Source: Eledone cirrhosa
Taxonomy: Eukaryota
Reading direction: 5' to 3'
NCBI GenBank assembly: GCA_964016885.1
Contig: OZ024746.1
Coordinates: 67,208,001-67,272,000, forward strand
Length of the DNA: 64,000 nt
Position numbers and translations under genes: made by a program. Of the stretch, positions 1-14,049 are shown piece by piece. Numbering within the stretch: position 1 is the first letter of the stretch; each line of letters starts with the position of its first letter. The notes below the pieces were generated by a model. That model was not told the origin of the DNA and searched no databases. It was given only the letters and a program-made list of their open reading frames with translations.

Positions 1-300
1 CAATGCTTTGGGGAAATTTGTATGCGTCATGAGAAAAGTTGTTTATTCAAGTTGCGGAAGCTTTGTGTGCATGACCGCTGGAACGGCTGTAGAATCACTG
101 CAAACTCATCTGTCATTCCTTCCGTTAACCTTCTTGTCTTTATCAAAGTTTTTCTCATCAGAGGAAAACCAAAACATTCTAGGCTCTTGATGTTTAAACT
201 TGCTCAACAAGCGCTTTACAAACAGGATTTTCTCCTGCGCATCAAATATAACTGTTATCGAAAGTCCACTTGTAAAAATTCTTTCGAAAGTGTGCCGTGA
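1..300 (-). mobile_element. Tc1/mariner (maT/DD37D-like) transposase relic, truncated by window edge
   Basis: Minus-strand translation KRLLSKFKHQEPRMFWFSSDEKNFDKDKKVNGRNDR*VC...VMHTK contains the first catalytic motif (SDEK) and in-frame stops. Confidence 0.75.
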
Positions 301-3300
301 AATCTTGAGGTCCTTATGAATGGCACTAATTGATTTTCTGGGGTCCTTATTGAAACTTTTAGAATTTGTAGGACATTGGCTGCTAAACGTTATACGTTAC
401 TTTGACTATATGATAGTAAATTTCATTTAAGTTTTAGTCTTTAAATATTAATTAACATCATGCGTAAACATGGTACTAATGCATATGGCATTAATTGCAT
501 CGGATTTATTTTGAAGTAATTTCCCCAAAATTATTATCCATGGGAAAAAAAGGTGGCATAGAAATACTCATTAATTTAATTTTGTCGAATTCAGTTTAAA
601 AAATATGGTTGAATTAAATTTCTAGTCAAATTTTCGTTTTTAATTCCTCCATTCAAAATTGGTCTCAATTATGGAAATTAACATGCGTTAGAACATCTAT
701 TGGGGCTGCGTTCTCTCTTTAATAATTTTGTTTAAGTATTCTCAAATTTTTACACATAATTAAAAATGAAGGAGTAATTGAAGTCAGCATCTCACCACGA
801 AATCCGTATTCTGAATCAGTGACAAACAAGAAACTTAAAACAAAATGATGTCAAATGTTATTAATGAACACATCAATGAACGCCTGAAACTTTAAGTATA
901 GAAATAGGTTAGAGCTGGAAATAAGCAACCAACCAGATTACTACAAGAAATGTTGTCACTTTGTGTTGTTTGTCTTTATGCAGAATGCATGGAATGAAAG
1001 TAATAGAGAAAAAAGCAAAAAGAGAGTAAGACAAGAAGAAAAACATGATAGGTCAGGAGAACAGCTAGAATGAGCGGAACTGATTATAGCTTGCAGTAAA
1101 AGGCATTAGCTTCACAAATTCAATTTATGATTGATTCACTTACAGACACTATTATGCCGCCGGAAAAAATTGTTAAAACAACATTTTTTATCAAATTTTC
1201 TACATCCTATAGTTCAAGCACGATCTACTTCACGAGAAAAAATACATGTACAATGTTACGTGTAAATCTAACAGGTAATGTCTTTCTTTAAAAAAACATT
1301 ATTCTGTATGTGAGTGCGATAGCATACATATACACGACATTTTGGGTGGGTTATATAAAACAACTAACGTCCTTAAACGTCATATATTCATTTATAACAA
1401 ACGGGAGCAACAAAGAGTCTAAAATATATTCAACTTATTACACAACCATAATTGGTGGTTAAAAGCACTTTAGTGTAATCTTTCAATGTGCTCATCACAT
1501 ATACGAGGGATCCAGGGTTCAAGTCAAGTATACGCTTCTATCGACTTTGTACCTTCTCGATGAGTATTTTATCTGACTTATCTAACTACTATTTATAGTT
1601 ATCAAATATTTATTATGGTTGTCTGTATTGTGTCTTTACTAACAATAACCGCCATACACCACACCTCATAAAAATTACGCATTCTTTGCTGCTTTCCTGA
1701 TATACAGCGTTTCAGAAAATATGGAACACCATCTTTTTGATTACATTTCATCAAAATCTGCTTGATATTGTATGACCTGGGACTAATAAATATCAAGAGG
1801 AGACATTAATAAAACGATATTCATGTTATTTAGAAAGGAAAGAAACATAAAAAGCTTAGGCAAGGAAGGGGAAATTTGCGGTTTTAAAAAAGGAATCTTC
1901 GATAATTGAGATGAAGAAGATATAATAGGAAGCATGTAATATTCACTAAGTCTCAAATTAGCATTAACTAATTTCTTTTTTGCCTCTAAATTCCACTCTA
2001 TAATCCATACTGTTAGCTATGCTTTGAAATTGTAAAGAAAAGTTTATATCTTTATCGACTGAGTAGAATAACTAGCCCTAACGTCGCTCAATATTATTAT
2101 TGGTTTAGAAAATCTAATTTATTTTCTCTCCCTTTTGATGTAGATCTCAAATCAGATTGCTATCAAAAGTTCTTCATTCAGTGTGTGCCTGTGTATGTGT
2201 GTGTGTATGTGAATGTGTGAGTGTGTATGTGTGTGAGAGAGAGAGTGGGAGGGGGTGTTCTTTTTCAATATATACTCTTCTCTTTGTACTTTTGTCTGGT
2301 TTAGTATTTCGCTAATGTAAAATCAAGTAAATCTATTATATGAATTAAATCCAATTAGCAATTACACTTCTCACTATTTTACATTTTATTGATATTTTCT
2401 TCAGATTTTATTCAGCGTTGATAGATTTTCTTTTGGGGATCTGTTGTGCTTAACATTGTTCTGCAGTTTTATTTCTATAAATTATACGTTTATTTCTTTG
2501 CTTGAGACTGTCATTTTATTTGCCGATACATACACACACATACACATATGATAATGCTACTCCGTTAAGTCATACATTGATACTGAATGTACCCTACATA
2601 TCTATTACTTGGAGGAATGATTAGGGACGTTATTTGTAAAAGTGAGCGTAATCAGAAATATTTAGAACACTGTGTAAGAGATTTAAGAACAATACGGTCC
2701 ATTCTATTAATGACATAGAAATGCAGCTATATGTATAAATTGTTACCGTAATGCAACAGTTCACCAATCAAAAGATTAAGATCACATCCTGCAAGATTTG
2801 AACGATTTACTGAATCTTACATTATCTTTCGTGTGAACTGAAGAAATCGACGGAAATGTGGTTTCAGTTCTTTTGTATCATTCATCCATGTAATGTATAA
2901 GTAATGTGTCAGAGATCTTGTTTAAATTTCAAGTTTGCCTTTCAGTTACAACTATTATAGCTAACATGTATCTTTCGGAACAATGAGTCGGTATTAAGAA
3001 ATTTAAATTTAATATTCATTCCCATCAATTGAATCGTATCATAATCATACGAAGTTTCAACGATATTAGCTTTGATTTTGCATCAGTATAAACTTCAAAC
3101 AATTCGAAACGTTCACGGTGAAAGCTAATTTACATATGACAGTACATTTTAATGATTAACATTTGCACAACAGTGTTTTTATTCATCAATTATCTCATAT
3201 CAAAGAACAGGACAAAACTTCTATATTAACGTCGAATTAATTCCAAATAAACGCAAGCTATAATATTAGTGTAGAAGAAAGCATCTAATTTTGAGTAGCG

Positions 3301-4019
3301 TCCAAATTTTCTGACATATTAACTTCGGTGCATATTAACCGTAGCATAGAAAAACTGCCAGAAAGTTTTCACTGAAAACAACATCATAGCCAACTTTAAC
3401 ATCACATGACAACAGACTCCAAGTAAAGTCTATTCAAATGGTTAGTCGACGAGGTTTCCGTTAATCAACACAAGTAAATAGATTTCCACCTCTAGACATA
3501 GTTCAGAGGAGAGTGCCTCAATGTCTGTTTTTAAATAATTTACTTTGACATGATAAAATAAGGAATAAATGACAAATTTCAATTTACCAACTTAGTTATG
3601 GATTTGTCTGTGCTAAAATTACTTTTTGCCAATAGCAGATAATCTGGGATGGATATTTCTGAGTACATATAACGAATGCGAACAAGCACCGATCAAGCCC
3701 TTACTGACCTTCCAGGCATATAAAATACAAAAAAGCCATTAAATAATCGACTGCATTCAGCGTGAATTCATATGAAGTAGTTTCAGGCTAGTAGCTTGAT
3801 ATTTATAGAAAACACCAGAACAAACATCTCGCATGTATGTACAAATTCTGTTTTGAACCCACACAGAAATATTAATATATATATATATGTCTGTATGTAT
3901 GTATGTGTTTGTGTGAGTACGCGTGTGTGTGTGTGTGTGCGTACGTGTGTGTGTGTGAGTGTGTGTTTGTGTGTATGCATATATATATATTTACACACAC
4001 ACACACACATATATATATA

Positions 4020-4097
<78 letters not shown>

Positions 4098-4348
4098 GAG
4101 AGAGAGAGAAATATTTATATATTTATATTGAAAGAGTGTGTGTTAGAAAATGGGGAGCGGATATTCGAATATTGAATTAGAAGATTTCAGCGTACTTTTC
4201 TGTTCATTTGTCTTATACGTCCTATTATTTAGTAAAAAATACTGCGAAATCTTCTAACACAATGGTCACTTATGCATACACATGCACTCACCATATATAT
4301 AAATATATATATATAAATATATACATATATAAATATATAAATATATAT

Positions 4349-4605
<257 letters not shown>

Positions 4606-4619
4606 TATATATATAATTT

Positions 4620-5024
4620 ATAAAATAAAATAAAATAAAATAAATAAGTCAAATGTTTAAAATTTGGCTTCGTTTATTACTGCTATATATATTTCGGTGA
4701 CAGCCATCTTTGGCTGTGACCTCTTCAGGCAGTCCGAATTAGTGTGGTAGAGACGAGTACGCATGTTGTTTAACTTTGTCAATATTCTGATATGCCCAGT
4801 TCCTGGTTGGGTTGTTATTTCACTGAGGAACTGGAATCATATGATTCCAATTCCTTAGGGAAATAACAATCCAACCAGGAACTGGGCATATCAGAGTATT
4901 GACAAAGTTACCTTATTTATTTTATTTTATTTTACATTACTCCGAACTAACCAAACCAGCCTGCGCACTTCGTCGAGTGCTCCAAGCTGCATACTGAGGT
5001 GTTGTTATACAACCAACATATACT

Positions 5025-5030
<6 letters not shown>
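4620..5030. mobile_element. PLE end, fold-back unit (family K) between (TA)n tracts
   Basis: ~140-bp near-perfect palindrome 4770-4910 centred on ATCATATGAT; outer (TAAAA)n/(TTTTA)n arms; HHR in the left arm; unpaired tail 4935-5028. A decayed related copy lies at ~16420-16500. Confidence 0.7.
4679..4733 (-). ncRNA. Minimal type-I hammerhead ribozyme
   Basis: Minus strand reads actgc CTGAAGA ggtcacagcca-aaga-tggctgtcacc GAAA t-atat-a TA gcagt: complete core, 5-bp stem I, long stem II, 1-bp stem III with palindromic loop. Confidence 0.85.
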
Positions 5031-5055
<25 letters not shown>

Positions 5056-5164
5056 CGGATTAACAAATAATAGTTAAATGCAGTCCACTTGTTCTAATTG
5101 AATGCCATAACTACTCCATATTTTCTTTTCTTTTCTTGCCTGTGTATTTTCTTCATTCTCGCAT

Positions 5165-5270
5165 GCTCCGAAGATCTGACTGGTTATAATTCTGTATTGG
5201 CGATCGAGTGACGCAAAATTAGGCGGATAGCGATCTCTAGACATACCAGTTCAGTGAAACAAATGTAAGC
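5165..5270 (+). ncRNA. Hammerhead-like motif, one core substitution
   Basis: gct CCGAAGA t-ctgactggt...accagttcag-t GAAA c-aaat-g TA agc, inside a ~270-bp island (5055-5325) flanked by (TA)n; U4 is replaced by C. Confidence 0.55.
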
Positions 5271-5322
5271 TATGTGATTAAAAACTTTTTTGTATAGCAA
5301 ACCATGTAAACCTTCTTTCCTG

Positions 5323-5381
<59 letters not shown>

Positions 5382-5409
5382 GGGAAGTAAGGTTCTATAC
5401 AAAACAGGG

Positions 5410-5715
5410 GATATAGAGAAAAGCTGAAGTTGTAAATAGCACGGAAAATATATTTTGTTTTTCTTTTTTCTTCTTTGTCAAAGTCACACTATTGAAAAAA
5501 TGAGAGGGACAATTCTTTTAAAAAAGAATTTTAATGTATATAAAGTATGTAAAGTATTACCCGTTTCGATGTATTATTAAAATTCATCTTATCAAATGTT
5601 GAGTATTACAATTAAAAAGAATTAATAAGAATTAAACACTAAAAATTTAAGATTTAAAATTAAGTGTTGGGGTAAGTGTTTTTTTCCATCTTCCGTGATC
5701 AGAAGGCGACTGGAA

Positions 5716-5720
<5 letters not shown>
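5410..5720 (-). repeat. Repeat with an inverted partner at ~8995-9480 (partner interrupted by a SINE); carries a TTGATAA...GAAA-c(c/g)gg-TA hammerhead-like core
   Basis: Reverse complement aligns with 8995-9215 and 9390-9480; core-like motif at ~5553-5600 (-) and ~9110-9152 (+), but stem I is poor. Confidence 0.6.
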
Positions 5721-5808
<88 letters not shown>

Positions 5809-6059
5809 ATAGTGTGTGTGTGTGTGTGTATGTGTGTGTCTGTGTGCGCGTGATGTGTGTGTGTGTGTGAGGGAGAGAGAGAGAGGGAAAGAGAGAGAGA
5901 GAAATTCATAGCACAAAATTATCTGTTAAAACATACTTTTATACACCACATTTTATATCATCGCATTTCATATTTCATAATATATAGTCTATAATCTCTA
6001 TATCATATTTTATTCAATTTTAATGATAGTTTTAATCTTTAATTTAAATCTATTTTTCA

Positions 6060-7240
6060 GAAAAATATTTTCACTATGGTCGTTCATAATTTACACTACT
6101 ACACTACACAGCATTCCCCTTCCCCCACTATAAATACCTCTCATTCTGTTCTGTCAATTCCACCAATTCTCATTTTCTCCTTCACTACCCCCATACATCC
6201 CCCATCACCTTTTAGATTCTTATCATTGTTTTATTCTTTCCTCCACAGCTACTGACTCAATTCTACTTCAATATGTATTTCAGCTTCCATCCTCCGGGGA
6301 AACGCCTTCTCCATTCTGTCCGCGGGGCTGTAGGGAGGCCAGCACGTGGGACCCCCATTTGTTCACCATACAGAGAGATGGGGAGGATGATAGAGATGGA
6401 GGCGATGACAGTGGGAGTTCGGCTCTTCCACGTTCGGACCATATCCTTGTGGTTGTGTTCATTATCTATAGAGTTCATTCTCCGTAATCAAATACCTATA
6501 GCAGTTGTGTTTCTGCCACATTCATATTGGCAGAATCCTTAGAGAGACTGCAATGTTGTTTGTTTTAATCATCCAATCCCGCCTTCTTCTGAGCACTTGA
6601 AATCTATACAACTCATTTGTTAATCTGCAGTACCTATTTAAGTCCATATTTGGTGGTATTTGTATTAATAGGCAGTAGTGTTTTTCATTATATGCCGGTA
6701 GCCAAACGAGCTGCACATAACGGTGACCACCAAGCATTACCATCTCCCTGATAAATATGTCTGAACACGGAGGAGTCGAACTCCCACTCTCATCGCCTCC
6801 ATCTCTCTTGCCCTCCCCATCTCTCTGTATTATGAGCAAATGGGGTCCCACGGGCTTGCCGCCCCACAGCCCCGGTGGACAGAATGGAGAAAGCGTGTCC
6901 CCGCTGGAAGAGCCATTCAGCTTTTAAAAACAACTCTTTACGCCTATTCTTTACCACCTTCTGTGCCTAGCCAAATATCTCCCGCCACTGCAACTACCAT
7001 CATTTCCATCGTATTTCCGTCTTAGTAACTCCTCGCTACAACTAACTCCCTCCTATTTCAGGATTATTGTCTCACCTTCCACTGAGTCTTCCTTCATTTG
7101 TGCTGTCTCCACAATTGAATGTTTATTTCTTGACTTATGGTTACGTATGCAGACAGGTGAAACACCAGAGTAACAAAAGTAACTATTTACCCATAATTAA
7201 TGATTGACTACATCCACCAACTAAATACGGATAGCTTTTG
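6060..7240. mobile_element. Decayed PLE (family J) with inverted GIY-YIG 3' end
   Basis: Inverted repeats ~6283-6445 and ~6757-6910; frameshifted peptides RRMN... and W..VLASLQPRGQN resemble the PLE GIY-YIG C-terminus (WI..L.TL.P.GLN); 3' end (gagtaacaa...atacggata) is shared with 25680-26060 and 50892-51050. Confidence 0.5.
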
Positions 7241-7414
7241 TTATATATAAATAATATATAATGAATATATTGTATGTAATGCATACATACATATATGCGT
7301 GTTTGTCAGTTATATAAATATTACGTACAATATATGTAATATATATTTATATTTAAACACACACAGACATATAGAAACATACACGCATACATTCATGCAT
7401 ACATACATACATAT

Positions 7415-8000
7415 ATGGTGGCTGCCAACTCCTTTTCGATCATGGTCACTACTTTATATCCATGTAGGAGAACCCCTACCGATGCGCTGAACGAGTGTGA
7501 CTTTTTAGTCCAACGAGCGACTTGAAAACTCTGGAACAAACACTACACTTGTGACAATTATTGACACATAGTGCTGGGCCCATGATACCATGTGACGACA
7601 AGTGCAGAGGGATCTCCAGATTCAAAGCAATGCCTGTGCTGTGAAGCTTTTATAGTGAGCAAAGGCACTGCACAAAGCCAGTCCCACTCTCTTAACCAAG
7701 ATGATATTTACTAAAAAGAAGAACAAGTCAACATAATTGGATACCATCAGGGTTGCAGGTGTTATATCAGAGTTTTCCTTCTCCTAGAATTCTGCCTTGA
7801 CAAAGGCTAAGGGGTCATCTGCCCGTTGATTTTGGATGGCCATTGACTCTTAAGAGCTCCCTTTCCCTTTGACAGGTTTTGTTTTTAGTCCTGCAGGATG
7901 TCCAAAGTCACCCTCCTCACCAAGAAACATTGGTGGAGTTGCCTGTTTAGTCGCCAACGACCCGACCATGGGACAGGTTGTACTGGGATACATGTTACAT
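7415..8000 (-). mobile_element. Non-autonomous RTE-derived retroelement (~590 bp) with (TATG)n tail
   Basis: Closely similar to 54590-55200; 3' part encodes an RTE-like C2H2 end (CSVC.RVFKSL.GLKSHTRSAH*) followed by the (TATG)n tail. Confidence 0.75.
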
Positions 8001-9213
8001 ATATATATACATAGATACGTACATACATATACATATTTATATGTGTGTGAGCAGCGATAGGTTACTATATGTGTGTATGTCTGCTTCATAAGATAAGGAT
8101 CGATGCATATTTAGTGACTATGTGTAGATTTCATGCGACATCCCAATAAACAGAGTTATAATGATAGAAGTAAAGTAAAATATGAAAAGAATGGTTTGGT
8201 AAGCATGTATCTAATAAACCGATGGCCAACAGCTAGTAAAGGATGATTATACAACTCTAACCCTATCTCTCTTTCTCTGTATAGAAAAACTATTTATTAA
8301 CAAATTTAAACAAAAATGAAATATGTAATAACTCCCAATATATCCCCCCCCCCTCCACACACACACACACACACACACGCGTTTACATGTACCCCGAATC
8401 TTTCATTCAACAACAAAGAATAAATAATGAAAAACTATTTATTTACAAATTTAAACAAAAATTAAATATGTAATAACCCCCATTAGATTATCTCTCTCTC
8501 CCACACACATACGCACGCACACATATACACACCCACACGAACGCCCATACGCCTTCACACACACACACACACACACACACCACGAAATAAGAGAGAAAAA
8601 TTTACTGATACACATATTTTCCTTTTTTTAATTTGCCACCAAAAAGGGACCTGTGACAGACAGGCTGAAGCACACACACACGTGTTTGTATCATTTTATA
8701 TATTCACTGTCACATGCACACACTCACGCTCTCTAAAATCATATCCCCAAAATAGAATTTCTTTTACAAACCTACTGTTGCCAATCCGACAGAATGTGTC
8801 TCTATCTTACAATCCCACCCCCTTTTTACCACTCCCAACTGAACTCTTGACCAATTCAGTAACACAATTGAGATACACACATATTTACAGAATATTTCCT
8901 TTGTCCCGAAAAAAATGTTGCTCTATGTGGAGAAACACAACTACGAAACACTGCTGCTGCTACTACCACCTATCTCTATACACACAAGAGTTCATTTTCC
9001 AGTCTCCTTCTCGACAAGGAAGATGAAAAAAAATACCTCAACACTTAATTTTAAATCTTTAATTTTTAGTTTTTAATCTTTATTAATTATTTTTAATTGT
9101 AATACTCAACGTTTGATAAAATGAATTTTACTAATACATCGAAACCGGTAATACTTTATATACTTTATATACATTATAGAACTCTTTTTAAAAAGAATTT
9201 CTCTCATTTTTGC

Positions 9214-9392
9214 AATAATTGTTTCCACTTTTAGCACAAGGCCAGCAATTATCCCAGTGCATTACTGGTACTTTATTTTATCGATCCCATACGAATGAAA
9301 GGCAAAGTTAACCTCGGCGGGATTTGAACGCAGATCATAAAGAGGCGTAACGCTATGCTATAAAGCATGTTGCCCGCCGTCTACATGCCACT
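9214..9392 (-). mobile_element. tRNA-derived SINE (octopus-type family)
   Basis: Minus strand has B box GTTCAAATCC, the gaggttaactttgcctttcat...gatcgataaaataaagtaccag core and the ggccttgtgct...gaaacaattatt tail. Confidence 0.8.
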
Positions 9393-9610
9393 TTGACGAA
9401 TCAAAAAATGAAAATATGAAAAACAGAACCTTAAATATATTTTGCGTGCTATTTCCAATTTCACTTTCACCCTCACTCTCTCTCACTCTCTCTCTGTATA
9501 TAAATAAATATATATATAACGAAAAAAATGTGGTAAGCCACCAGTTGGACCATAACGCACCAAAGTACTCAATACTTAAGGTAGTAGAGTGGGTAATATG
9601 AATAAGTAGG

Positions 9611-9706
9611 ACCCCGACGGCTGAGCTCAAGCCGTTTCGACGGATAATTCTGGACTAAATGAACATTTTTAGCCTGGTAAATGAATAGCCGAACTTCTCA
9701 GGGGGT
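9611..9706 (-). ncRNA. Variant hammerhead ribozyme of family A (second copy 11872-11965, + strand)
   Basis: acccc CTGAGAAG tt-cggctatt...aattatccg-tc GAAA cggct-tgagctc-agccg TC ggggt: 5-bp stem I, 5-bp stem III, GUC site; core reads CUGAGAAG rather than CUGANGA. Confidence 0.6.
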
Positions 9707-10967
9707 AATTCCACATATGGTAAAAGTGATTGTCACAAGGATTGGTCAAAAGTTTGTTGTTAAGACACATGATTCTATCATGGCATTTTGTGGAAGGTAG
9801 GGGTAGCTAAACTTGCCAGTAGAAGAAAGAGAAGAGGGAGTGGAGGAAACCCAGTCAAGCGTTGAAAGTGAAAACTACAGCAGATTCTAAGGATAGTGTA
9901 TAGAAGGTCGAAAAAAGTATACTAGAGGGGGAAGGGGGGAAATTGAAACAATAAGTAAATCTAAATGGAGTAAATATATAAAAAATATAAAAAATATAAA
10001 AAATATAAAAAATATAAAAAATATAAAAAATATAAAAAATATAAAAAATATAAAAAACATAAAAAATATAAAAAATATAAAAAATATAAAAAATATAAAA
10101 AAAAATTTCTGGTTATTAGACCCCTTCCACAATCATCAAATCTCTCACTGGTACTGCTAAGCTATAGAAGAGATTAATAGTTGGGAAGGAATACTAAATA
10201 CGAGATTGTAGTGAAAGAATGTTATGAGGCCATCATTACAGGGGGTCCACCACCACTACAATAGTTAGTAGTAATCGGCCAAAGCTATCTTACAATGATA
10301 GGTTAACAAGTTGAGGACCAACATACTAAAAAAAATAATACGAATTATTAATTCAGAAACCCTAAACTAATACGAAATATTAATTCAGAATCCCGAAACA
10401 TGAATACTAAAACAATATATATAAGTACTGCTACAATACATAAATTCTAATACAATCTATATAAATACTCATACAATATATATTAAAAAAATTAATACAA
10501 TATATATAAATACTGCTACAATACATAAATTCTAATACAATCTACATAAATACTCGTACAATATATATGAACAACTAATACGAAAGATTAATTCAGAATC
10601 CCCCAAAATAAATACTGATATACGAGAAACTAAAGCAGAAATACCACTAAGAAATCTAGAAATCACGGAAATGGGGCAGCAACCAGAGAAGAAAGCAAGT
10701 ATCTGGGGTCTAGCACATCTGCTATAAAAAGCGGAATCGGCCAATTCTATCATAAAATAAGGGGGTGGGGGGTGGAGGTACTGAGGTTATAGAGGACCGA
10801 AGGCTGCATCGGGGTGGGCGAGAAGGTGAAAAGAACGACGATAAAGAAGGAGATATGGCATGGAAGGACTAGGAAGGGATGGGGGGAAGAAGGAAATATA
10901 GAGGAAACGATAAAAAATATATAAAAAGAATATATAAAAAAGTTACGTCTACCTTTGTAAGCAGGGG

Positions 10968-11198
10968 TTACCCATTACAAAGTCGGCAAGTGGGGTGTTT
11001 AAGCCCTTGTCTACCCCCCGGGTCATTATGGGGTTTGAGGGCGAGGTAAGTCCTACGCAATCTATGTTTGCATGCAGTTACCAGTTCGTCTTTCTTGTTT
11101 AGGAGTTGGTCCGTCGAAAACAGCATTTGTAATGTTTCCTCCGAGCATAAGTTACACGGACGGCGTCCTCCCGTTTAAGAGTTGGCTCTGGACAGTAA
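10968..11198 (-). pseudogene. C-terminus of Naiad-type PLE GIY-YIG endonuclease
   Basis: LLSRANS*TGGRRPCNLCSEETLQMLFSTDQLLNKKDELVTACKHRLRR... matches the CxxC..E...LLN++xE...C+H signature; one internal stop. Confidence 0.75.
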
Positions 11199-11995
11199 GA
11201 GTATTTATGTAGATTGTATTAGAATTTATGTATTGTAGCAGTACTTATATATATTGTATATTCATGTTTCGGGATTCTGAATTAATATTTCGTATTAGTT
11301 TCGGGATCTGAATTAATATTTCGTATTAGTTTTTTTAGTATGTTGGTCCTCAATATTTTGACCTGTCATTGTAAGATAGCTTTGGCCAATTACTACTAAC
11401 TATTGTAGTGGTGGTAAACACCCTGTAATGATGGCTTCATAACATTCTTTCACTACAATCTCGTATTTAGTATTCCTTCCCAACTATTAATCTTTTCTAT
11501 AGCTTAGCAGTGCCAGTGAGAGATTTGATGATTGTGGAAGGGGACTAATAACCAGAAATTGTTTTTTTTATATTTTTTTATATTTTTTTATATTTTTTAT
11601 ATATTTACTCCATTTAGATTTACTTATTGTTTCAAATCCCCTCCCCCTCTCTAGTATACCTTTTTCGAGCTTCTATACACTATCCTTAGAATCTGCTGTA
11701 GTTTCCACTTTCAACGCTTGACTGGGTTTCCTCCACTCCCTCTCCCTCTTTCTTCTCACTGGCAAGTTCAGCTACCCCTACCTTCCACAAAATGCCATGA
11801 TAGAATCATGTATCTTAACAACAAACTTTTGACCAATCCTTGTGACAATCACTTTTACCATATGTGGAATTACTCCCTGAGAAGTTCGGCTATTCATTTA
11901 CCAGGCTAAATGTTAATTTAGTCCAGAATTAACCGTCGAAACGGCTTGAGCTCAGCCGTCCGCGTCCTACTTATTCATATATATATATATATATT

Positions 11996-12111
<116 letters not shown>

Positions 12112-13974
12112 TGTGTTTGTGTGTGTGTGAGAGAGAGAGAATTCGTCTGTATTTGTGTTTGTGTATGTTTGTCTGTTTACTCTGCTGTCCAAAGCGACAC
12201 ATTTTTATATTATCTAAATTCATGTACTTTAACTGTCTGCTGCAACAAGAAAAATACAGAACTGAATGAAAAGTAAAAATATATAATCAGAAGCCAGGAA
12301 AAAAATGGCAAAACGTTTTTAATATTTACTAATAAAATATGTCACTTCATCACTAAAAAATATTATTTATGAAATACAAGGAAGGATCAAGTTGAAGGAC
12401 AAACAGTAATAGAAAAGAAGACACCACCAAAATACTTCAACCAATGTCTATATTCATATATTCATGAAAATGAATGAAATGTGGTTATTCATAGAAAGGA
12501 ATCAAATGTGATTAATTTGAAGCGGGTGGGATTGTGCCATAGAAATGAGATTTTCAATCATATGTGTGTATGGCATTTTCTTCTCCATTAGCTTGTTTGT
12601 GAAGTTATTCATTTATTCCAACACTGCTTCTTTGATACATACTACTATGGTACGTACAAGATTCCAGATGCTCTCACACCCATATATATGGTGTTTAGGT
12701 GAACAATGGACTAACTAATTTAAACTGGTACCTCCCAATCTGTAATATATATATATATATATTGGAAAATACGTGAGATCCTTGGTACAGTTAGGTATAT
12801 TTGAAAAAAGGAAACGAATGATTTCACTTGTAGTTGGTATTCTATAACAATTTAATTTTATAACTTTACAATTTTACACTTTTGCTATGTAGAACTAATA
12901 AGTCATTTGTTAACTTTACTGGGAAGCTTTTTAAAAATCCTAGTTAACTTTCCGGAGAAAATTTCTCGCATTCGTCGGTGGCGATTTTCAAACTGATCAA
13001 ATGTATTTACTTAATAGATATTTCCATATGGAATTTTCAGACAAAATGTGATACAGGACTCATCCTAATTTAGACATTTTCTATATGCATACTGTCTTAT
13101 AGAAAGGGAATCTGAAAAAGTTTGATTAGCGTAAAGATGTGATTGAATAAGGTTTACCTAAGAGGGTTGGTTGGTATTTTCGTTTAGTATGTTTTTTGTA
13201 ACTATTATTTAATCTCTGGTCATACCGAATTTAGCAGATACAAAATGAAAGGCTTTTTACTCCAAGAACATTAAGTCTTATGACTCTTCCTCTTATTTGC
13301 AGAAACCAGATAAGTATAAAGGGACAGTTTGCTAATATTTTTCTCAGGTTGAGCGATAAGCAGAGGGCATCTTCAGGTTACTTAAAAGTCTGTTGAATGA
13401 AATAGTGGTTTAACTAACGGGTCGTGTCAAAGTCATGTACGTTTCGGGTGTGGAAAGACTGGTTTCTGTCCCGGGACCCACATTAATTACGCAATGACGC
13501 CAATGAACCTTTTAAGCCGGTAGAAAAACTTGGGCTTAATCTGTTCTAGTTCAGGTTGCAGCTTTCTATATGGTCGAAGGAGAAATTATTCAGAAAAAGA
13601 TATAGCCTGCGTCATGGAAATTTTCGAAGAGTGTTGTCTAAAATCTAATTGCTACTTGCTAATTGCTACCAGACAATATTTATAATAGTTATGAATGTTA
13701 TGTAATTATTATCGTAATTCTAGTATCCCTCTTGTGAATTCTTTAGTGAATTCTTTAGCAACCGATTTAATATAACATATATATTTTAGTTTACTAAATA
13801 ACACAATGTGTCATTATGACAATGGAATTATGTGTGTGTATATTTATGTATGTGTTTATATATGTGTGAATGCATGTAACAATTATTTAACATATGCAAA
13901 TAGGACATTCGCTTTTAGCTAAAATAATAAATAACAGAAGGATACAATAGATTGATAAATTATAGGAATAGATG

Positions 13975-14044
<70 letters not shown>

Positions 14045-14049
14045 ATATA

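Larger units (their letters stand above)
9518..11982 (-). mobile_element. 5'-truncated Naiad-type PLE (family A) with a long inverted copy of its 3' region
   Basis: 11199-11980 is the reverse complement of ~9598-10550; unpaired 3' tail 9518-9598 abuts (TA)n; centre encodes a GIY-YIG C-terminus; HHR-like motif in both arms; internal (ATATAAAAA)n array at 9975-10105. Confidence 0.85.

Noticed and set aside
8284-8482. ~55-bp local direct duplication
   Set aside because: Real, but consistent with slippage around (CA)n; no further structure.
11200-11870. SECIS element in the Naiad 3' region (some Naiads encode selenoproteins)
   Set aside because: Several ATGA motifs, but none with convincing AA spacing and GA quartet by eye; needs SECISearch.
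13425-13490. Minus-strand acccGAAAcgtacatga hammerhead-like half
   Set aside because: No CUGANGA box and NUH is degenerate.
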